The notes under the pieces: generated by a model | The model's input: only the letters and a program-made list of their open reading frames with translations | What the model was told of the DNA's origin: nothing | Database searches by the model: none | Shown: positions 6,607-13,482 of the stretch, in pieces | Layout of the letters: each line of letters starts with the position of its first letter | Position numbering within the stretch: position 1 is the first letter of the stretch | Source: Pseudomonadota bacterium | Lineage (GTDB): Archaea > Thermoplasmatota > SW-10-69-26 > JACQPN01 > JAJPHT01 | Reading direction: 5' to 3' | NCBI GenBank assembly: GCA_021325135.1 | Contig: JAJPHT010000038.1 | Location: 1-16,064, forward strand | DNA length: 16,064 bases | Made by a program: the position numbers and the translations under genes

Positions 6607-6993
6607 ATGGTTTCAGTTGTCGTACCGAAGACGCTTCCATGCGCCTTTGGAGAGACCCCAGATGCCCCGACGCCCTGCCTCCACCAAGACGCCTCCACCC
6701 CGCCGCCAAGCCAGCTTTCCCTCCTGAACGAGGACCGCTGCTTCACCGTCCTGGTCGGCGTCCGCGACACTCCCGAGCCCTTCGGAATGCTCACCTTCAC
6801 CCGGGCCAGTGGCCTGACCGGCCCCATGGCCAGGCGAGCCCGAGACACCCTGGAAGCCTGCGGCCTGCTCCAAGTCGAACGGCCAAGGAAGCGCGGCGCA
6901 GTTCGAGGCCTCCAGATGCGCCTCACTCCCGCGGGCCGGCGAGCCGCAGACAACCTCTTCGCCCTTGACCTCGACCTCCGCAGTCCCCCGTGA
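6607..6993 (+). CDS. MarR-like winged-helix protein (transposon cargo)
   Basis: ARRARDTLEACGLLQVER...LQMRLTPAGRRAA wHTH signature, similar to 3022-3453. Start uncertain. Confidence 0.65.
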   Translation: MVSVVVPKTLPCAFGETPDAPTPCLHQDASTPPPSQLSLLNEDRCFTVLVGVRDTPEPFGMLTFTRASGLTGPMARRARDTLEACGLLQVERPRKRGAVRGLQMRLTPAGRRAADNLFALDLDLRSPP

Positions 6994-7005
6994 GTGCGAA
7001 GCGGG

Positions 7006-7060
7006 GCCATCCCCCCGAATGAAACGGAAGAAGTCCGTCCCCCCTCAATGGAACAGCACC
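7006..7060 (-). repeat. Right terminal inverted repeat (55 bp)
   Basis: Reverse complement reads GGTGCTGTTCCATTGAGGGGGGACGGACTTCTTCCGTTTCATTCGGGGGGATGGC. Confidence 0.95.
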
Positions 7061-7069
7061 TCACGGGCT
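7061..7069 (+). repeat. Target-site duplication, right copy (TCACGGGCT)
   Basis: Identical to 3639-3647. Confidence 0.93.
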
Positions 7070-7075
7070 GAAGTC

Positions 7076-7104
7076 CCGGCGGCGGCACCGAAGCGCGCCG
7101 CCGG
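7076..7104 (-). terminator. GC hairpin downstream of the small secreted protein gene
   Basis: 9-bp stem CCGGCGGCG/CGCCGCCGG (7076-7084/7096-7104) about 27 nt after the stop at 7131. Confidence 0.45.
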
Positions 7105-7130
7105 ATGGGGGTGTTGTTGCTGTGGTCTGA

Positions 7131-7376
7131 TCACGCGAGCTGGCTGTCGGCGGGGATCACGGTGCCGTCCTCGAGGACCGTGGGCTCCGTCTGGAGGCCG
7201 GGGAGGGTGTTGCTCTCCTGCCACACGCTGGCGGCGGGGCCGGTCTCGTCGACGACGAGGTAGATGTCGCCGCCGGCGGCGCCGGTCGCATCGGGGATGG
7301 TGATGGGGTCGAGGGCCACGGCCAGGCTCGTGGAGAGCAGCAGGGCGAGGGCTCCGAGGGCAAACATGGTCTTCAT
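7131..7376 (-). CDS. Small secreted protein with VWQESN-x3-GLQ motif (paralog 1)
   Basis: Signal peptide MKTMFALGALALLLSTSLAVA; shares D[IL]Y...VWQESN...GLQ...DSQL with 7568-7825. Confidence 0.85.
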   Translation of the reverse strand: MKTMFALGALALLLSTSLAVALDPITIPDATGAAGGDIYLVVDETGPAASVWQESNTLPGLQTEPTVLEDGTVIPADSQLA

Positions 7377-7567
7377 GGTGTAGACGCTCCGTTGCCGTTC
7401 CGCCTCCCGGGCGGTTGGGCGAGCAGGAGCACGCCCGTGAGCCGTGTTAACGCTTGTAGTCCACGAGTGATTCTGAAGGCCCAGCGTACACGCTCTCAGG
7501 ACGATGGGGTTGAAGGGAAAGCGCCGGGCGATCGCGCTCGGGGCGCGATCTGTAGAGGAAAAGGGGC

Positions 7568-7825
7568 TCAGATGAGCTGCGAGTCGGGGCCGTAGAGGAA
7601 GTTGCCCTGGTCGTCGTAGGTAGCGTCCTCCTGGAGGCCGGCGTGGCCGTTGCTCTCCTGCCAGACGGTCAGGTCGTCGTTGTCGCCGTGGTTGACGAAG
7701 GGCACGGGCACGTAGAGGTCGCTCTGGCCCTGCGCGGTGGACAGGGGGACGGTGGTGTGCGCGAGGGCGCCGCCCACGGCGAAGGTGGCCAGCGCGGCGA
7801 CGGCGAGCGCGAAAACGGGCTTCAT
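7568..7825 (-). CDS. Small secreted protein with VWQESN-x3-GLQ motif (paralog 2)
   Basis: This is the C-terminal 85 aa of track ORF 7568..10237: MKPVFALAVAALATFAVGGALA signal peptide, then DLY...VWQESNGHAGLQ...DSQLI. Confidence 0.85.
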   Translation of the reverse strand: MKPVFALAVAALATFAVGGALAHTTVPLSTAQGQSDLYVPVPFVNHGDNDDLTVWQESNGHAGLQEDATYDDQGNFLYGPDSQLI

Positions 7826-7978
7826 GTCGGGTTGCTCTCCTGCGTCTCCGCCTCCCGGGCAGAAAGCGCGGGGGGACATCCTCCGGTGACCGTATGAAGC
7901 GGAGCCTGTCACCGGGCCGACGACGCGGAACCTTGAATCCGGTCGCGGGGCGGGCGAACGCTGAAGCGCAGGAAGCCC

Positions 7979-10651
7979 GTGCGCGCGCCTGAGAGCATGA
8001 AGCCGGGCGACCTCGTCGAGTTCAAGGCGGGCCTCTTCGGGGTGAAGCCGCCCGACAACCTGGGCATCTACCTGGAGCGCGTGAAGCGCAAGGGGCAGTT
8101 CTTCGTCGTGCTCTTCACGGTGCGCGGGAAGCAGGAGGTCAAGCCCGAGAACGTGACCTCGAAGCGCCTCGACGCCCGCGTGCCGCCCGATGAGCTGGAA
8201 GGGGGCGACCTCGCGCCGCGCCTCAAGCAGCTCATCGCGGCCGTCTCCAAGGGCAAGGTCAAGGAGGAGCTCTCCGCCGAGGGCGCCACGGACCGCGCGC
8301 TCTGGCTCAAGGTCAAGGACCGCGAGGGCGCGCCCGCCACGCCCGACGATCTCGCGGCCGCGTTCTTCGAGAGCAAAGCGCCTTCCCGAAGCCAGGTGGG
8401 CGAGATTCGCAAGATCCTGGAGTCGTGCCGCGAGCCGGGCGTCGGCTACTTCGAGCGCCTCCCCGGGCGCGAGGAGCTTTGGCGCCCGCTGACGCGCGCG
8501 GAGCACTCGTCCTTCCACAAGGAGAAGGATGGCCTCCAGAAGCTGCGCAACAAGCTCGTCCTCGTGGAGGAGGTCGAGGACGAGGAGACGGGCTTCCTGC
8601 GCACGGTCTACAAGGGCGTGCCCGTCGCGGAGGCCAACCTCGACGAGGAGGACCGCGCGCGGCTGGCCTTCGTGGGCGAGGCCATGCGCGACTTCGTGCT
8701 GCACGACCGCTTCACCGGCGCCCACACCCTGGGCGTCTCGGGCAAGCACACGCTGGACGGCTTCACGCTCTTCCCGTACCTCAAGTTCCTGGCGCTGGAC
8801 TGGACGGGCGCCGAGCGCGTGAGCGTCAGCAGCACGTTCGTGGAGATGCTCCTGGACGTGGGCCTCGTGGGCTACGACGACGCCGTGACGCTGGTCGCGC
8901 AGAGGAAGGTGCTCGCGTTCCCCAACTTCGGCTGGGACGTGCCCCCCGACGTGCTGCGCGCCGCGGAGCGCGCTCCCCCCGAGATATCGCCCGGCGCGCA
9001 TCGGCGCGACCTGCGCCACCAGCGCATCTTCACCATCGATCCGCCCGACGCGCGCGACCATGACGACGCGGTGGGCGTGGAGGAGCACGGCGACGGCACG
9101 TGGACGCTGTGGGTCCACATCGCGGACGTGAGCCACTACGTGGAGCGCGACACGACGCTGGACCACGAGGCGAGGAAACGCGCGACCAGCGTGTACCTGC
9201 CCAGCGGCGTGCTGCCCATGCTGCCCCCGCGCCTCTCCAACGACCTCTGCTCGCTGGAGCCGCAGAAGGACCGCTTCGCGCTCACCGCGGCCATCACCTA
9301 CGACATGGAGGGCCGCCTGCTGCGCGAGATGGCGTGCGAGAGCGTCATCCGCGTGACCGCCAACGTGCCCTACGGCGAGGTGCTGAAGGCCATCGAGCAG
9401 GGGGACCACGCCGTCGAGGCGGAGCACTACGACCCCCGGGGCTTCGAGTTCCGCCGCATGCGCGAGCTTGCCGACCTCATCGACCGCCACCGGAGGGGGC
9501 TTGCCATCGAGACGTCCGAGCGCCGCGTGAAGCTCACGCCGGACAACGTGGAGCACGTCGAGAAGATGGGCACGCCCGCCACGCGCCTCATCGAGACGTT
9601 CATGGTCGCGGCCAACGAGGCCGTGGCGCGCATCCTCACCCGCGAGGGCGTGCCCGTGCTCTACCGCTGCCATCCGCTGCCTGACCGGCCGGGCGTCGAC
9701 CGCTTCAACGGCCAGTGCGAGACCATGGAGGTGCCCATCCGCATCGAGCTTCCCAAGAAGGAGGAGAAGAAGGCGCCCGATGCCGAGGTGACGCTCTTGG
9801 ACCAGCTCAAGAAGGGCGGCAAGCTCAACCTCTTCGGGGGCGGCATCGGCATGTCGGGGCTCGACGAGCCGGAGCCCGAGCCGCAGGAGGAGCAGCCGCC
9901 GAAGCCCCTCGTGCAAGGCCTCGCGCAGCTCTCGCCCGAGGAGCAGGACGCATGGCTCTCCCCCTTCCGCGCCGCCCTGGAGCAGGTGGGCGGCATCGAG
10001 GACGACGCGCTCAAGGCGCTCGTCTACCTGAAGGTGCTCTCCACCATGGGCCGCGCGTTCTACACGCCCGCGAACCTGGGGCACTTCGGCCTGGGCTCCA
10101 CCTGCTACTGCCACTTCACGAGCCCCATCCGCCGCTACCCCGACCTTGTCGTCCACCGGCAGCTGCGCTGGCTCCTCCGCGGCCGGCAGGGCCCCATGCC
10201 CCACGACAACGCGTCGCTGGACATCCTCGCGGCCCACACGTCGGAGCAGGGCAGCGCGGCGGAGTCCCTGGAGCGCGGCGTCGTGGACAGCGCCCTCGTG
10301 TTCGCCTCGCGCGACCCGCGCTGGGAGGGCCCGCAGCGCGCGCTCGTCAACGGCATGACGCGCGGCGGCGTCTTCATGTCGCTGGAGGGCGGCCTGGAGG
10401 CGCGCGTCGCCATGAGCGACATCCCCGGGGGCCCCTACAGCATCGACGAGAACGACTCGCGCCTCTTCGTGGGCGAGGCCGAGCGCGCGGAGATGACGGC
10501 CGAGATCACGGCCAAGAACTGGCGCGAGTTCGTCGACCCCGCCAAGGACGAGGTCCAGCTGGTGCGGCTGCGCCTCGGGGACCGCGCCAACGTGCAGATT
10601 AGCGCGCGCGACTACGCCGAGGGGCGCGTGGCGGCGAAGCTCCTGGAATGA
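7979..10651 (+). CDS. RNB-domain 3'-5' exoribonuclease (RNase II/RNase R family)
   Basis: Catalytic motif IFTIDPPDARDHDDAV, plus WVHIADVSHYV, RATSVYLP..VLPMLP, LIETFMVAANEAVA and HFTSPIRRYPDLVVHRQL; C-terminal S1-like domain. The start may be ATG 7997. Confidence 0.95.
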   Translation: MRAPESMKPGDLVEFKAGLFGVKPPDNLGIYLERVKRKGQFFVVLFTVRGKQEVKPENVTSKRLDARVPPDELEGGDLAPRLKQLIAAVSKGKVKEELSAEGATDRALWLKVKDREGAPATPDDLAAAFFESKAPSRSQVGEIRKILESCREPGVGYFERLPGREELWRPLTRAEHSSFHKEKDGLQKLRNKLVLVEEVEDEETGFLRTVYKGVPVAEANLDEEDRARLAFVGEAMRDFVLHDRFTGAHTLGVSGKHTLDGFTLFPYLKFLALDWTGAERVSVSSTFVEMLLDVGLVGYDDAVTLVAQRKVLAFPNFGWDVPPDVLRAAERAPPEISPGAHRRDLRHQRIFTIDPPDARDHDDAVGVEEHGDGTWTLWVHIADVSHYVERDTTLDHEARKRATSVYLPSGVLPMLPPRLSNDLCSLEPQKDRFALTAAITYDMEGRLLREMACESVIRVTANVPYGEVLKAIEQGDHAVEAEHYDPRGFEFRRMRELADLIDRHRRGLAIETSERRVKLTPDNVEHVEKMGTPATRLIETFMVAANEAVARILTREGVPVLYRCHPLPDRPGVDRFNGQCETMEVPIRIELPKKEEKKAPDAEVTLLDQLKKGGKLNLFGGGIGMSGLDEPEPEPQEEQPPKPLVQGLAQLSPEEQDAWLSPFRAALEQVGGIEDDALKALVYLKVLSTMGRAFYTPANLGHFGLGSTCYCHFTSPIRRYPDLVVHRQLRWLLRGRQGPMPHDNASLDILAAHTSEQGSAAESLERGVVDSALVFASRDPRWEGPQRALVNGMTRGGVFMSLEGGLEARVAMSDIPGGPYSIDENDSRLFVGEAERAEMTAEITAKNWREFVDPAKDEVQLVRLRLGDRANVQISARDYAEGRVAAKLLE

Positions 10652-10930
10652 TCACATCGGCTTGCCGCAGGAGCCGCAGAAGCGGGCCTCCTCGTCGCTC
10701 AGGCCGCGGCACGAGGCGCAGCGCACCTTGACGGCGGGGCCCATGACGGCGCGCAGGTAGGGAGCGAAGAGGAGCAGCGCGAAGACCACGACGAGCGCGA
10801 TCGTGACGAGCCCGACGTGGTCCGCCGAGCCTCCCAGCCAGAACGCGACGATCACGAAGAACGCCGCCGTGCCCCAGGGGAACCTGTCCCAGGTCGACTC
10901 GCCCTCGTCAGACCCCACCCATTTGATCAT
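10652..10930 (-). CDS. Two-TM membrane protein with C-terminal zinc ribbon
   Basis: Starts MIKWVG; two hydrophobic segments, then VKVRCASCRGLSDEEARFCGSCGKPM (CxxC...CxxC). Confidence 0.8.
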   Translation of the reverse strand: MIKWVGSDEGESTWDRFPWGTAAFFVIVAFWLGGSADHVGLVTIALVVVFALLLFAPYLRAVMGPAVKVRCASCRGLSDEEARFCGSCGKPM

Positions 10931-10974
10931 GGCCGGCGAAGCTCGGGTTCGCTGATGAACGCTGCGGGGGCGTG

Positions 10975-11301
10975 TTACATCGGCTTGCCGCACTGCTGGC
11001 AGTACCGCGCGTGCTCGTCGTTGAGCGCGGAGCACGAGGCGCACTTCACCTTCACGACCTGCTGAGGGGGCTGCATGGGCCCGTACCAGCCGGGGCCCCA
11101 CCACGGGTGCCCCCAGCCGTACCAGCGGTACGGGCGGAAGAGCGCCGAGACGAAGATGGCGCCGAAGAGGCCGAAGACGAGGATCATGGGGTCGCGGGTC
11201 TGGAAGAACAACAGCGCGGCGAGCGCCATGACACCGAAGGCCACCACGGGGCGGATCCAGGACCACGAGGAGGCCTGCGGCGGCTGCTGGCCAGGCTGCA
11301 A
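10975..11301 (-). CDS. Two-TM membrane protein with C-terminal zinc ribbon (paralog of 10652-10930)
   Basis: Ends VKVKCASCSALNDEHARYCQQCGKPM. TTG start preceded by GGAGG and directly abutting the upstream stop. Confidence 0.8.
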   Translation of the reverse strand: MQPGQQPPQASSWSWIRPVVAFGVMALAALLFFQTRDPMILVFGLFGAIFVSALFRPYRWYGWGHPWWGPGWYGPMQPPQQVVKVKCASCSALNDEHARYCQQCGKPM

Positions 11302-11496
11302 TCAGATCCCTCCGCGGCCGTGGAGCGAGCGCGGGTCGAGCAGAAGCGCGGCGAGGCCGGGCGCCGCGGCCAGGGCGACCAGGGACCAGGAGCGCGTGGC
11401 GGCGGCGACGCCCAGGAGGGCGATGGCCACGGCGGCGAGCACGGCGCGCCAGGCGGCGACGCGCCGGGCGCGAGGCGGGGGAGGCAGGCGGGGCAC
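11302..11496 (-). CDS. Small membrane protein
   Basis: Two hydrophobic segments; its stop is immediately followed by the TTG start of the next gene. Confidence 0.5.
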   Translation of the reverse strand: MPRLPPPPRARRVAAWRAVLAAVAIALLGVAAATRSWSLVALAAAPGLAALLLDPRSLHGRGGI

Positions 11497-11545
11497 GAGG
11501 CGGACTCCCTGGGGAGGAGCAAGAAGCCTGCCCTGGAAGGTTCCA

Positions 11546-11839
11546 TCAGAGCCAGCCGGCCGCGTGGGCGGCCGCGCCCGCGAAGAGGGCGACCGGCGGG
11601 AGCACGACCAAGTAGGCCGCCGCGCGCACGGCCCACTTGTGGAGGCTCCCCTGGAGGCCCACCGCGGCGAAGGCCAGGAGGAAGCCCAGGGCCAGCGCGC
11701 CTGCGAACCACGGGTCCCACGTGCCGGCCTCGACGCGCTGCCACTCGATCCACGCGCCGCTGAGGACCATCATGGCCAGGGAGCAGCCCCCCACCGGGCC
11801 GGGCCACGTCAGGGGGCGGCGGTTGGCGTGCACGTCCAT
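11546..11839 (-). CDS. Hypothetical three-TM membrane protein
   Basis: Starts MDVHANRRPLTWPGP; three hydrophobic segments; fills the gap between neighbours. Confidence 0.6.
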   Translation of the reverse strand: MDVHANRRPLTWPGPVGGCSLAMMVLSGAWIEWQRVEAGTWDPWFAGALALGFLLAFAAVGLQGSLHKWAVRAAAYLVVLPPVALFAGAAAHAAGWL

Positions 11840-11891
11840 CCTTGGCCCCCGGGGAGCATAGGACTTATGCCCCTCGGCGGCTCCCGGCGCG

Positions 11892-12311
11892 ATGCCGCCG
11901 GCCTGGCCGTTCGTCGTGGAGGTGAAGGTCCCGTGGCGCGACCTGGATGGCGCGGGCCACGTGAACAACGCCGTCTATTTCAGCTACTTCGAGCAGGCGC
12001 GCACCGAGTGGTACCTCCAGGCGCGCGGCCTGGGCCCCCGCGTGCAGGACCTTGATATCATCCTCGCGCGGACCTCGTGCGACTTCCGCTCGCAGGCCAG
12101 CATGGGAGAGACCTTGCAGGTCCTCATGTGGCCAGGCAAGGTGGGCACGACCTCCTTCGGCCTGCGCTACGAGATCCGCGAGAAGAGGAGCCAAAGGCTC
12201 GTGGCGGAGGGGGAGAGCGTGCAGGTGGCGTTCGACTACGCGAAGAACGAGAAGAAGCCCGTGCCTGATAGCATCCGCGCGGCGCTCAGCGGCGCTCGCC
12301 CACCAGGTTGA
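11892..12311 (+). CDS. Acyl-CoA thioesterase (4HBT/YbgC/FadM hot-dog fold)
   Basis: Motif WRDLDGAGHVNNAVYFSYFEQAR; C-terminal KKPVPD. Confidence 0.93.
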   Translation: MPPAWPFVVEVKVPWRDLDGAGHVNNAVYFSYFEQARTEWYLQARGLGPRVQDLDIILARTSCDFRSQASMGETLQVLMWPGKVGTTSFGLRYEIREKRSQRLVAEGESVQVAFDYAKNEKKPVPDSIRAALSGARPPG

Positions 12312-12657
12312 CGGGGTTCCCGTCCAGGTCGCCGTAGATGAAGAAGAACCCCTCGTCCCCCTCGGCGGGCGCGCGCAGCAGGCGCCACCCGGCCTTCTCG
12401 ACGAATTGCCGCGCGGCCGCGACCTCGTTGCCCAGCATGGTGAACCCCAGCGCGGTGGCGGAGGTGGGGTCCGGCGCGGGCGCGTCCTCGCCCACCGCGC
12501 CGTGGAGCACCAGCGTCACGCCCTGCTCGTTGCGCAGGATCGCCATGCCCTCCATGACGCGGGCCTTCTGGAAGCCCAGCGCCTCATAGAGGGGCACGCT
12601 GGCGGGGACGTCGGAGACGTAGCGCACGACGTTGCGGAACGCCACCGGGCGGCTCAC
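12286..12657 (-). CDS. VOC/glyoxalase family protein
   Basis: YVSDVPASVPLYEALGF...LVLH...FFFIYGDLDGNPVNL. The GTG start overlaps the upstream TGA (GTGA). Confidence 0.85.
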   Translation of the reverse strand: MSRPVAFRNVVRYVSDVPASVPLYEALGFQKARVMEGMAILRNEQGVTLVLHGAVGEDAPAPDPTSATALGFTMLGNEVAAARQFVEKAGWRLLRAPAEGDEGFFFIYGDLDGNPVNLVGERR

Positions 12658-12857
12658 GCGCAGCACCCGCACGAGTGCCGGTCGCGGTCGGTCATCACGT
12701 CGTCGCGGTGCACCTGGAACTCCTCCGCCTCGCCGCGGACGAGCAGCAGCGATCCCCCCGCGTCAAGCACCGCCACCAGCGTGACGGGCTCCTCCGTCTC
12801 CCGGAGGCGAAGCGTCTGCCCAGCGTGCACGGGGCGGAGTGGGCGCCCCCGCCTCAT
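12654..12857 (-). CDS. Small hypothetical protein ending in HSCGCCA
   Basis: MRRGRPLRPVHAGQTLRLRETEEPVTLVAVLDAGGSLLLVRGEAEEFQVHRDDVMTDRDRHSCGCCA; coupled to the VOC gene by the GTGA overlap. Confidence 0.6.
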   Translation of the reverse strand: MRRGRPLRPVHAGQTLRLRETEEPVTLVAVLDAGGSLLLVRGEAEEFQVHRDDVMTDRDRHSCGCCA

Positions 12858-12908
12858 CACGGTTGCGGCGACCGGAAGGGCGATCCGAACCCGCGGCCTT
12901 GCGCCCGC

Positions 12909-13481
12909 GTGAGCCTTCACCTCCCCGTCCTCCTGGGCACCGTCCGCCCCGAGCGCAAGAGCGAGTGGGTCGCGCGCCACGTCGTCGACCGGCTCGCGAA
13001 GCGCCCCGGCGTGACGTCGGGCCTGGTGGACCCCGCGGCGCTGCCCTTCGGCAACCTGGAGCTTCGCGAGTGGGAGATGGACCCGCGCCCGCCCGAGGTC
13101 GCGGCGTTCGTCGAGGACATGGCGCGCGCGGACGGCTTCGTGGTCGTGACGCCAGAATACAATTTCGGCTATCCCGGCGCCCTGAAAAACCTCCTCGACG
13201 CGCTCTACGACGAGTGGAACCGCAAGCCCTTCGCGCTGGTGGGCGTGGGCGGCATCAGCGGCGGCCTGCGCGCCATCGACAACCTGCGGCAGGTCGTCTC
13301 GGGGCTGGGCGCGGTGACGGTGCCGACGCACGTGCCGGTGACGTTCGTGGGGAAGTCGTTCACGCCCGAGGGGCCCTTGGACGCCGAGGAGTGGGACCGC
13401 CGCTTCGTGAAGCTCTTCGAGGAGCTGGAGTGGTACGCGACGGCGCTCCAGCGGGCGCGGAGCGAGAGCCCGCCCTCGTGA
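12909..13481 (+). CDS. NAD(P)H-dependent FMN reductase (SsuE/ChrR flavodoxin-like family)
   Basis: LLGTVRPERKS, VTPEYNFGYPGALKNLLD and WNRKPFALVGVGGISGG. Start placed at GTG 12909. Confidence 0.93.
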   Translation: MSLHLPVLLGTVRPERKSEWVARHVVDRLAKRPGVTSGLVDPAALPFGNLELREWEMDPRPPEVAAFVEDMARADGFVVVTPEYNFGYPGALKNLLDALYDEWNRKPFALVGVGGISGGLRAIDNLRQVVSGLGAVTVPTHVPVTFVGKSFTPEGPLDAEEWDRRFVKLFEELEWYATALQRARSESPPS

Positions 13482-13482
13482 C

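Larger units (their letters stand above)
3648..7060. mobile_element. 3413-bp cargo-carrying transposon with IS6/rve-like DDE transposase
   Basis: 55-bp TIRs (52/55 identical) starting GGTGCTGTT, a 9-bp TSD, an intact transposase, and passenger genes with visibly more AT-rich sequence than the flanks. Confidence 0.93.

Noticed and set aside
7826-10237. 889-aa minus-strand ORF 7568..10237
   Set aside because: Antisense to the RNB gene; only the last 85 codons (from ATG 7825) form a real gene.
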